The position numbers and the translations under genes are program-made. The notes below the pieces were generated by a model. It had not been told where the DNA came from and searched no databases. It worked only from the letters and a program-made list of their open reading frames with translations. A DNA stretch of 64,000 bases from Oscillospiraceae bacterium (GTDB lineage Bacteria; Bacillota; Clostridia; Oscillospirales; UBA929). The stretch covers positions 28,001 through 92,000 of the forward strand of contig JAVBPM010000031.1 in the NCBI GenBank assembly GCA_031549605.1, read 5' to 3'. Shown here piece after piece: positions 19,236 through 27,049 of this stretch. Numbering within the stretch: the first letter of the stretch is position 1; the number at the start of each line of letters is the position of its first letter.

Positions 19236-19968
19236 TCTGTTTAAGATTAAGATGAATGGTACATTTAAGTACTCAATAGACACTGAACTAAGAAATTCCT
19301 TGGAAAAGGGCATGTGGTTCACACGAAGTTCTGTTTACGTCCCCGTACTTCTTATTTTGCTACTCGTTGATATAGCCGGTTTTTTTCAGATTACGAATCA
19401 AGTAATCGTCTCTGCGCCTACTTTAAAGGGAATTATTGTTGTCGGGTTTGGCGTTGCGTTTGAGGTGGCGCCGTTATACATTGGTTACGCTGTTTGCCTA
19501 AGATGCTACGATCTTGGGGCGCCTATCCGGAACTATATTCTCTGTTTCTCCGCCTCATCTACTCTTCTCGGTATAGTCGCCAACTTCTTCTTGCGTTTTT
19601 TCACCTTGGACACAACCGCACCGAACCACTCCTTTACCGTTGCGCTAGTAATGTTTTTATTGCCAATTATCACGAGCCTAATGAACCTAGTCTTTGGCTG
19701 CCTAAGCTTCGACCCTCTGCTAATGGAACTGCGGCGGTTGGCAAAGAAACTTTATACTTTAAAGTCGCTAAATAATCAGATGGTTGGGCTAATAGCGGAG
19801 TACAGTGCTGACTCTGACAACAAGCAGCTCGAGTTGTACGGCGCAAAGGTCGCTTACGACGATACAATAGAGGAGCTATCTTTGCTGCAGACACAGTTGA
19901 AGGCGTATGTGCAAACCTGCGCCACATCACAAAGCTTTATGACAGACATTGGAGGTCGAGCTATATGA
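19210..19968 (+). CDS. cassette gene 3: 4-TM membrane protein with cytoplasmic coiled-coil tail
   Basis: Four hydrophobic helices (VYVPVLLILLLVDIAGFF, GIIVVGFGVAFEVAPLYIGYAV, ILCFSASSTLLGIVANFFLRFF, FTVALVMFLLPIITSLMNLVFGCL), then a heptad-like tail. The alternative start at 19228 overlaps the gene-2 stop by 8 nt. Confidence 0.75.
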   Translation: MGAITTMTDLFKIKMNGTFKYSIDTELRNSLEKGMWFTRSSVYVPVLLILLLVDIAGFFQITNQVIVSAPTLKGIIVVGFGVAFEVAPLYIGYAVCLRCYDLGAPIRNYILCFSASSTLLGIVANFFLRFFTLDTTAPNHSFTVALVMFLLPIITSLMNLVFGCLSFDPLLMELRRLAKKLYTLKSLNNQMVGLIAEYSADSDNKQLELYGAKVAYDDTIEELSLLQTQLKAYVQTCATSQSFMTDIGGRAI

Positions 19969-21281
19969 AAAAATTTCCAGTTGCGCTTCTTATATTCTTT
20001 TCCACAGCAATAAGCTTATTATGCGGATGCGACCGTGTCCCCCCTCCCGGCCCCCCAGTAAAACTGGTCGTTCTGTTGGGCGCTCACTCCAACAGCAAGA
20101 CTTTTGATCGAAAAGATATGTTGACACAGCAATTTACAACTGCATATTCATCTTTAGGTGGGATACGGGTAGTTGCGATTGATGGTACTCCTGATGTTTC
20201 ACTTGACGAAAGCGGACAGGCTGTCGGTGCCCCCGATAAAGATAAATTCGCTGCATTCAAACTCAACAGAGATGTTTATACAGTCAGTCAGCTCGACCAA
20301 CAGCTCAAACCGTTTGTCGATACCGCGTACTTACAAATTGAAAAACTGCACCCAGATTGCGACGAATTTGACACTCTGATGGCTTTTTGGAAGTCCGAAG
20401 CAGCCTTCTCGAGCATTTACACTGATGCATCCGACAAAACCACACCGAAAAAGATAATAATCATAATCGACACTGGGCTTAGCACCTCCGGGGCGTTAAA
20501 CTTTGTAAATGCAGACTATTTGTCTCTGGCAGAGGCTGAAATTAACACACTAATTAATGGCCTTAGCGCTGCTAATGAATTGCCCGATCTGAATGGGGTC
20601 GACGTGTTTTGGTATGGCATAGGTGCAGTTGCCTCTCCACAAAAAAAACTATCCAACGGCCAAATCGAGAAACTTAAAGACATTTGGGAGGCGCTCATTA
20701 AAAAAGCCGGCGGCTATGTAGAGTTTTATCCCCTTGTCGAGACTGGCGATGAAAAGCAAGATTATACTGTTTCCGTTGTTCGCTTGCCCGCCACGCAAGA
20801 ATCACCGACGCCAACAACAATGTCGCCCCCATCCCCGCACCCGTCTCGCTCAAATACTCCAACCAGCGTGTACTTCCACTATGAGACAACAAACTACTCC
20901 GACAGCCCACAAGCACTAAAAGACTTGGAGTATGTTGCGAAACAAATCGAAAGCAATCCCGGCGAGAAATGGTGGATAATTGGCTGTACCGCCACAACTG
21001 AAAAACGTCTTTCAGTAAGCGATATTCTACGCAGCAGGGACACAAACACTCCCCATTTATCTATTAAAAGGGTAAATGCCGTGTTGCGTTATTTCGAAGA
21101 ATTAGGCATTCCTAAATCCCGGTTCATACTCTCCGCACAGGGGGCTTCTGACCCTTGGCACGTCTCCGACACAGTAGACACCGGGGCAATGCAAGAAAAC
21201 CGACGCGTGATTCTCGTCCGCGACAGTGATATTGCCAGCAACGAGGACAGAGCCAAACTTGAGCTTGGAGTCTTTGAGTAG
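19965..21281 (+). CDS. cassette gene 4: lipoprotein with alpha/beta N-domain, P/S/T linker and OmpA-like C-terminal domain
   Basis: ATGA overlap with gene 3. Signal plus lipobox MKKFPVALLIFFSTAISLLCGC. Alternating strand/helix region (VKLVVLLGAHS, IRVVAIDG, KKIIIIIDTGLSTSG, VDVFWYGIG). C-terminus follows the OmpA_C pattern (VYFHY...WWIIGCTATTEK...LSIKRVNAVLRYFEELGIPKSRF...ENRRVILV). Confidence 0.8.
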   Translation: MKKFPVALLIFFSTAISLLCGCDRVPPPGPPVKLVVLLGAHSNSKTFDRKDMLTQQFTTAYSSLGGIRVVAIDGTPDVSLDESGQAVGAPDKDKFAAFKLNRDVYTVSQLDQQLKPFVDTAYLQIEKLHPDCDEFDTLMAFWKSEAAFSSIYTDASDKTTPKKIIIIIDTGLSTSGALNFVNADYLSLAEAEINTLINGLSAANELPDLNGVDVFWYGIGAVASPQKKLSNGQIEKLKDIWEALIKKAGGYVEFYPLVETGDEKQDYTVSVVRLPATQESPTPTTMSPPSPHPSRSNTPTSVYFHYETTNYSDSPQALKDLEYVAKQIESNPGEKWWIIGCTATTEKRLSVSDILRSRDTNTPHLSIKRVNAVLRYFEELGIPKSRFILSAQGASDPWHVSDTVDTGAMQENRRVILVRDSDIASNEDRAKLELGVFE

Positions 21282-21311
21282 CAATCTCCGTCTATCTTTT
21301 CGCTACAAACC

Positions 21312-21349
21312 AAAAATAGGACAGAGGAAGGACGACACCCCTTCCTCTG
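21312..21349 (-). terminator. terminator of lysis operon (convergent with cassette)
   Basis: CAGAGGAAGG-acgacacc-CCTTCCTCTG perfect 10-bp stem. On the minus strand it is followed by CTATTTTTGG. Confidence 0.6.
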
Positions 21350-21383
21350 CCCGTAGAATTATGTATGGAATTGATTCCGTGTG

Positions 21384-21710
21384 CTAGTAATTACAATGCG
21401 CACTGTTCCGCTCGCCCCGCATCTCCATCCCCTGCTTGACCCACTGGTGCCCGCCGGTGGCGACCAGTGCGCAGACGCCGCCCTGCTTGATGGCGACGAG
21501 CGCCACCTGCGCGACCTCGGACAAGCTGCCTACCGGCATGGTCGTCAGCGCCGTGATGGCGGCCAGCAGGATGCCGACGCCGCCGAGTATGTACGGGATG
21601 AGCTTGTTGCTGATTTTCGGCGCATGGTGCTTGATGAGAGCGCCCAGCACAGCCAGCGCCGTGGTGATCCACACAAAGGTGGGGTTGATGAGCGTGTTGA
21701 TGTCCATCAC
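21384..21710 (-). CDS. phage holin
   Basis: 108 aa with 2-3 hydrophobic helices and a charged C-terminus, immediately downstream of and overlapping the endolysin gene. The ATG at 21707 is also a possible start. Confidence 0.75.
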   Translation of the reverse strand: MMDINTLINPTFVWITTALAVLGALIKHHAPKISNKLIPYILGGVGILLAAITALTTMPVGSLSEVAQVALVAIKQGGVCALVATGGHQWVKQGMEMRGERNSAHCNY

Positions 21711-22513
21711 TTCACCCCGAGTTTCTTAGCCATGCGGCCCTGCACGACAAGCCCGCGCAGGTCCGACTCTTTGATGGCCAGCTTGCCGTCGCCGACGCCG
21801 CCGAGCAGATTGTGGTCGACCAGATACTTGATAGGCTCCTGTGCCCAGACGGGCAGTTCCTCAATGGTGTTGTACACCGGCGCATTCACCTTCTGCTCCA
21901 GCGCGTCGATGCGGTCGCTCAATTCCTCATACTGTGTCATGGTCAAGCCCTCCTCGTTCTTTTCATATTTGGCGTAGTTGGGTCGTGCGTAGCCCGCGAT
22001 GCGCGAGTAAGCCAGCGCGTAGCGTTTGATGGCCACCTCGCCGCCGTTGGCGATGACCTCACTGCCGCCGCTGGTGTTGCCCTCGATGGTGTAGACGTTC
22101 TTGGCGTCGACCTTGCAGACGATGCCGGTGTGGACAATCAAGTTCTTGTCCTTAGCGTCGCGGAACATGATGATGTCGCCCGGCTGCGGGTTGCCGTCGA
22201 CCCACATCCCCTTTTTCTTAAACATCTTCGTGCCGGTCGTGCAACCGGCAAAGTGCGGCGCGATGTCCTGCTGGATGGCCGTGCCCAGCGCCCGGCGCAT
22301 AACGCAGCTGACGAACATGGCGCACCACGGCTCGCCCTGCAGGGTAGAGCCAAAGTAGTCCTTGTACCACTTGGCAAAGATGGTGTAGTTGTCGCGTCCG
22401 GCATTGGCCTTGAAGTTGAGCAGATAGGCCTCGGACGGGTTGGTGGTGCGCTTCTTTTCGAGGTAGCCGAGCCATTTGTTGGCCTCGGCCAGCACCGCGT
22501 TGGCTAATTCCAT
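21707..22513 (-). CDS. endolysin, CHAP/NlpC-P60-type amidase with C-terminal wall-binding module
   Basis: Catalytic Cys context GEPWCAMFVSCV and His context NLIVHTGIV. The C-terminal 70 aa resemble a single SLH-like module (WAQEPIKYLVDHNLLGGVGDGKL). Confidence 0.8.
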   Translation of the reverse strand: MELANAVLAEANKWLGYLEKKRTTNPSEAYLLNFKANAGRDNYTIFAKWYKDYFGSTLQGEPWCAMFVSCVMRRALGTAIQQDIAPHFAGCTTGTKMFKKKGMWVDGNPQPGDIIMFRDAKDKNLIVHTGIVCKVDAKNVYTIEGNTSGGSEVIANGGEVAIKRYALAYSRIAGYARPNYAKYEKNEEGLTMTQYEELSDRIDALEQKVNAPVYNTIEELPVWAQEPIKYLVDHNLLGGVGDGKLAIKESDLRGLVVQGRMAKKLGVK

Positions 22514-22526
22514 GGTGTACTCCTTT

Positions 22527-22841
22527 CTATTCCGACTCAGAGGTTGGCCAGTCCATCATTTTCTTATAGAGAGACTCAGCCGTGCCGTTGCCGTCCATTT
22601 GCTTGTAGGCCTTGTAGACCTCATCCAGCGTCTTTCGCGCGTAGATGGGCAGACACATCGGCTCCTCGTACTTGTTGTACATCTGCACAATGCGGTCGTA
22701 CAGAATGGCCTTCATGCCACTTTGTGCGGCTGACAACTTCTTGAACATCTTTTTCATGTAGGCGATCAGTCCCGCCCACACCGCCGTTGTCAGCAGCGAA
22801 AACCCTACCGCGATGAATGTGTCTGTGCTCATACGCATCAC
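22527..22841 (-). CDS. small membrane-anchored phage protein (possible lysis accessory)
   Basis: One N-terminal TM (FIAVGFSLLTTAVWAGLIAYM) and a position directly upstream of the endolysin. Confidence 0.5.
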   Translation of the reverse strand: MMRMSTDTFIAVGFSLLTTAVWAGLIAYMKKMFKKLSAAQSGMKAILYDRIVQMYNKYEEPMCLPIYARKTLDEVYKAYKQMDGNGTAESLYKKMMDWPTSESE

Positions 22842-22872
22842 CTTTTCTGCAAAAATAATACGCCCTGCGGTG

Positions 22873-23307
22873 TTACTGGAAATAGGTCAGGTCGCTGTAA
22901 TACCGTGCATTAGCCGCCATAAGCCACTGATAGCAGGTCCACAGTGCGGCCAATATCCGCTCGATATCGTTGGCGTTCTCATAGGTGCGGAGCTGCACGG
23001 GCGCCGGTGGCGTGTCTGGCAGCACCGCAAATACGCGCCGAAGCTCGGCGACACTGGACAAGGTCAGCGCATTGAGTTGTTGGGTGACGAGCGTGCCCTG
23101 CTCCCAGTCTGCTTTTCCCCACGCGCTATTGCTGTACCCGGCTGCATTCAGCGCCACGGACAACTCATTGATTGCTCCTCCCACCCGATTGCGGTCAATG
23201 TGATCATAGCAACCCTTGAGACGCTGCGCAGCATTCACGCCGCTGGCTTGGCAAGCTTGCGCCTCCGCCACATCCGCCGCCGTTCTGTCGTATACAAGCG
23301 CCTCCAT
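22873..23307 (-). CDS. hypothetical tail-associated protein
   Basis: 144-aa ORF downstream of the tail fibre gene. Function inferred from position only. Confidence 0.45.
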   Translation of the reverse strand: MEALVYDRTAADVAEAQACQASGVNAAQRLKGCYDHIDRNRVGGAINELSVALNAAGYSNSAWGKADWEQGTLVTQQLNALTLSSVAELRRVFAVLPDTPPAPVQLRTYENANDIERILAALWTCYQWLMAANARYYSDLTYFQ

Positions 23308-23310
23308 GAA

Positions 23311-25017
23311 CTAGGCCTCGCCGCCGAATCTCGGATTGCCGAGGTAGGTAAGCGTGCCATCAAAGTCAACCACGCCAATCGCCTTGGATCCGGGATACTT
23401 AGGCGCGAATTGGTAGCTATTGCCCTGCGCCATATACACTTTTTTCCCCGCATTTGGCGACCCCAAGTTGACGGCCTTAACCCGCATGGGGCCGATAGCA
23501 ACTAGACAGGCATTACCCGTGGGTGTGTTGCCCGAAGCCTCCAGCGCAACGCCCATAATTTTAGGCTCGACGGCCGAGGTGTCGGCGGTGTACAGATATG
23601 TTGTAGCCGTCGAACCGGCGACGTAAATTGTCGGTGGGCTGTTTGGCATAACGCTCACCAGTTTGACCGACGTTCCGGCGTCCAGTATGTTGGTAGTGAC
23701 CTCGCCAATAAGTACATTTGGCCATTGTTCAGAGGTATCAAAGGAGTAGATTGTGCAGCTCAGCGTCCCCGTCGACGCGTCCAGGTTTACCGCCTCAAAG
23801 TGGGCAAATGTGTCATACCTGTGCCGCAAGTCCTTCAGAGCGTAGGGCTTGGCCGACGGGTGGCTCGTTGACGCCCACAGCGAAAGCGTGCCGCTGTCCG
23901 CCGTGATCACGGTAAAGGCTGTCATACCCCTGAACTCCGCGACTACAACACGCCCATCCACCGTTGTGACAATTGGGTTGGCGTACGATATCGCCATGGT
24001 TGCATCCTCGCTGATGGAAAGCGTATTGCCCGCCCAGTTGATAAGCACCGCGTGGGATGTACCATTGGGCGCCTTGACAATGGCCACAGCATATTCGCTG
24101 TCGAGTATCGCAATCGGCGGCGTCTCTGTCGCGGCGGCATCGTAGGATGTTGTGCTCGATGGGTAAAGCGAGCTGTATCGGATGACAGGGCTGCCTGTTG
24201 CATGCGCGTCGACCTTTACAAAGTACGTACCGGCAGCTGTAACTACCTGCAACAGAAAATCAGCCGTATTTACCGCTCTACGTGCAACTGTGTAGCGCTG
24301 CACATTGGTCAGCGACATACTGACGAGGCCAGTCCCATCGGAAAACATGACATTGTCAATAATATTAAACGTGCGGTAATACAACAGGTTGTTGATGATG
24401 AGAAATAGGCAGCCGCGATTGCCCGACGCGTGTGCGGACACAAACGCCGGCGAGGTCGATGGAATGCCAATCGACAGCGACGAGCGCTGCGTCAAAACGC
24501 CTGTCTGCCCATCTACGGTAAACGAGCGCAAGTCTAGTCGCGGTGGACCGGATAACACCTTATAGCCAAACAGGCAGTTGTCGGATGCGCCCTGGCCGCA
24601 CATTGCGAACCCGCTTGCGGCCGAACCCGCCGCCTTTGCTACCGGCACCGTTTCGTCGCTTTCATAGGCTACCTCGGCCATCTTGACCCCGTTATTTCCG
24701 TCCATGTACACGGCAGCCCCTGCGCTCACAGCGCCCGACGCTCGAAAGGTGACGCCGTGCCAGTCGGAGATGTCCTTCATGTTATTGGGCGCAATTGGGA
24801 TGGCACCATAGCCGGGGGATGACGACGGAGTATCAGCCAGCCAGTCCTCAATCGGTTGCTGGAAGGCCTTGTTAATTTTCGTGCCTTCCTGCGATACTGT
24901 GCCGGGTGCCGGCACGAGGTCGTAGGTCCCAGCGTTGCTGCCGTCCGGTGCTTTCAGGGTGTAGCGGTTTGGAAACTGAACCACGCGGTCCTTAACATCC
25001 CTTTTGTTAAATTTCAT
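23311..25017 (-). CDS. tail fibre / receptor-binding protein
   Basis: N-terminus MKFNKRDVKDRVVQFPNRYTL...GT.INKA is typical of Firmicutes phage receptor-binding tail proteins. The remainder is beta-rich. Confidence 0.6.
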   Translation of the reverse strand: MKFNKRDVKDRVVQFPNRYTLKAPDGSNAGTYDLVPAPGTVSQEGTKINKAFQQPIEDWLADTPSSSPGYGAIPIAPNNMKDISDWHGVTFRASGAVSAGAAVYMDGNNGVKMAEVAYESDETVPVAKAAGSAASGFAMCGQGASDNCLFGYKVLSGPPRLDLRSFTVDGQTGVLTQRSSLSIGIPSTSPAFVSAHASGNRGCLFLIINNLLYYRTFNIIDNVMFSDGTGLVSMSLTNVQRYTVARRAVNTADFLLQVVTAAGTYFVKVDAHATGSPVIRYSSLYPSSTTSYDAAATETPPIAILDSEYAVAIVKAPNGTSHAVLINWAGNTLSISEDATMAISYANPIVTTVDGRVVVAEFRGMTAFTVITADSGTLSLWASTSHPSAKPYALKDLRHRYDTFAHFEAVNLDASTGTLSCTIYSFDTSEQWPNVLIGEVTTNILDAGTSVKLVSVMPNSPPTIYVAGSTATTYLYTADTSAVEPKIMGVALEASGNTPTGNACLVAIGPMRVKAVNLGSPNAGKKVYMAQGNSYQFAPKYPGSKAIGVVDFDGTLTYLGNPRFGGEA

Positions 25018-25033
25018 ACTCTTTTTCCTCCTT

Positions 25034-26644
25034 CTATGTAGACGTCCGTCCGATTACGGACCCCGTCGCTCTGATGTTTGTTGTGCCGAACTGTAGGGCC
25101 AGGCGCTCCATAACGCCAACCGCGCCGCCCAGCGAGGTGGTCTGCCCCACGCCTTCAAACGCGTAGAGATAACCACCTTCAAACGACGCTGTCGCTCGAT
25201 AATATCCGTATAGCCGCTCCATTAACCCCTCAATGTCACTCGCCAGCGTCTGCTGTTTGACTTCCTCCACGTCGGCATCGACAGAAAGGTCTGGCGGGCA
25301 ACTGATAGCCTTTTCGGAGTGCGTATACTTCATGCCGTTGATGATTGTGTCGCGCACCGGATCGCCGGTCAGCGTTACAAAGTTGGTGCCCTGCTCGACA
25401 ATAGTGCCGTTGTACACGGTGATGTTGTATACCGGCCCGTCAAATTTGACAGTCCGCTGTCCCACGAACTGCTCTTTGAACAGTGTCTCTTGTGCACCGG
25501 CGTCCTCGGTGTATGTGTGCTGCGTAAAGACAATGCCGTCCTTTGGCTTTTGCAGCGACTTTTTGCCGCCGGTATAAGTTCGGTCGGACAAGACAGTTGC
25601 CGCCGCATCGGGCGACGGCCGTATGATCCTCACCGTGCTGCCGCGTGACGCGTCAGGATAAACGCCCAGCGCACAGCACACCAGCGCCAATGCGTCGCGC
25701 CGCTTGCAGATAGGAATCCATCCGTGCAGCGGCGCGTGGAGAATATCGTCTGTCGCCTCAATGTGGAATAGCCCGCCCACAATGTCAGCCAACACATCAC
25801 GGGCATAGGTGCCGAAATAGATTCCGCCCATAAATTCGGGTCGGCTGTCTAGCACACCCAGTGCGTCGACGGCGTCAATGGCGTACTTTTTGTGCGCCAC
25901 ACCAAGTTCTTCCACCGCTTCAGTCACGTAGAAATGGCCAACCTCGTTATCGTTCCATAGCACACTCAGCTCTTGCTCGGTCGAAAAACGAAAAGGAACC
26001 TGATCGGCCGTGTTGACGTTGACCTTCGCGCTGTCAATGTAAACAGTGCGGCATGAGCCGTCCATGCCCTTGTTGACGACAACGCCACCCACCTCCAGCT
26101 CGTCCGGGCCAAACTCGCGACGCATACCAAAGATTAGCTTTTCAAACTTCAAAAAGGCGTGTCCGTAGTTCAGTGTGTGAAAGGTAACGGCGACCCCGTC
26201 ATAGTTGTCCACCTCTTGCAGACAGACATATTCAGCTCTGTCGGGGTAGTAGTCACGCCGCACGAGTTGCACAGCCCCTCGGTACCACGCCACGCTCACC
26301 GCTGTAGCAAAGCAGTTCTTGGCTGGGTCAAACCGCAGCGTAACGCCAATCGACGAGATAGGCTTTGTCAACGCAACGTGTAGCGAGGGCAGAAGCGGAA
26401 ATGAGCCGTCCGCCTCCGAAAGTGATGCGCTCCACAATCCGTGCGGCCGACGCGCATCAAATTCAACGCAACTGCCATCGAGCACAAACTGGTTGTGTTC
26501 ACAGGTCTGCTCCTTGCATCCGTTGGCCGTGTCGTCCAGCAGCGTCGTCAATCGGCTAAACGATGCGTTCTGCGTAACCGTGGTCACCGAAGCCGACTCC
26601 CGTGTGCCGACCGCGACGTCGTGATAGACCACCTTGAGCGCCAT
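25034..26644 (-). CDS. tail / baseplate structural protein
   Basis: 536-aa ORF in the distal tail module. Assignment from position only. Confidence 0.5.
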   Translation of the reverse strand: MALKVVYHDVAVGTRESASVTTVTQNASFSRLTTLLDDTANGCKEQTCEHNQFVLDGSCVEFDARRPHGLWSASLSEADGSFPLLPSLHVALTKPISSIGVTLRFDPAKNCFATAVSVAWYRGAVQLVRRDYYPDRAEYVCLQEVDNYDGVAVTFHTLNYGHAFLKFEKLIFGMRREFGPDELEVGGVVVNKGMDGSCRTVYIDSAKVNVNTADQVPFRFSTEQELSVLWNDNEVGHFYVTEAVEELGVAHKKYAIDAVDALGVLDSRPEFMGGIYFGTYARDVLADIVGGLFHIEATDDILHAPLHGWIPICKRRDALALVCCALGVYPDASRGSTVRIIRPSPDAAATVLSDRTYTGGKKSLQKPKDGIVFTQHTYTEDAGAQETLFKEQFVGQRTVKFDGPVYNITVYNGTIVEQGTNFVTLTGDPVRDTIINGMKYTHSEKAISCPPDLSVDADVEEVKQQTLASDIEGLMERLYGYYRATASFEGGYLYAFEGVGQTTSLGGAVGVMERLALQFGTTNIRATGSVIGRTST

Positions 26645-26645
26645 G

Positions 26646-27035
26646 CTAACCCACCACCCGTCGCGGTTTCAGCTGCGTCACGGTGAACTGAATGCCGCCG
26701 AAGCGATTGCCGTTGTGCGCCTTGCGCAGGACGTCGCTGACTGACGTAATCTTAGCGGCAAAGGTAATCTCCCCCTGCGCGTAAGGCAGCGTCACAACGC
26801 GCGGGCTCTTGGGCGCTGTCAAGTCCTCGACAAAGGCGTCGTATTGCGCTTTGTCGCCGCCTCGCGGCTCGACCGTCACGTCAAAGCTCTCGCGCGTGGC
26901 AATGGCGTCGGCCACCTCGCTACCGTCCATCAACAGCCCCGCCGTGACGCTGTCAATCTGAATGTCAAAGCTGCGCTTGATAACGCCCACCTCGCCGACG
27001 TTGTACCCAACGCCGTCCAGCTTGATTAAACTCAT
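26646..27035 (-). CDS. small tail structural protein
   Basis: 129 aa, tightly packed between tail genes. Confidence 0.45.
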   Translation of the reverse strand: MSLIKLDGVGYNVGEVGVIKRSFDIQIDSVTAGLLMDGSEVADAIATRESFDVTVEPRGGDKAQYDAFVEDLTAPKSPRVVTLPYAQGEITFAAKITSVSDVLRKAHNGNRFGGIQFTVTQLKPRRVVG

Positions 27036-27049
27036 AGTGCCCCTCCCCG

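Noticed and set aside
19210-21281. Calling genes 3/4 a Zorya (ZorAB) or MotAB/ExbBD homologue.
   Set aside because: Only the architectural logic is similar. I see no MotA/ExbB/ZorA sequence signatures. The PG-binding subunit is a lipoprotein without the TM plug helix, and no ZorC/D/E-like genes are present. The resemblance is kept as an analogy only.
21282-21400. Search for a third copy of the 26-bp att core, which would make the AT-rich cassette a separate tandem island.
   Set aside because: No similarity to GGGTTCAAGTCCCCTCGTCCGCACCA is present there. The arm-type repeats at 17244-17267 show that DNA to the right of attL is contiguous phage DNA.
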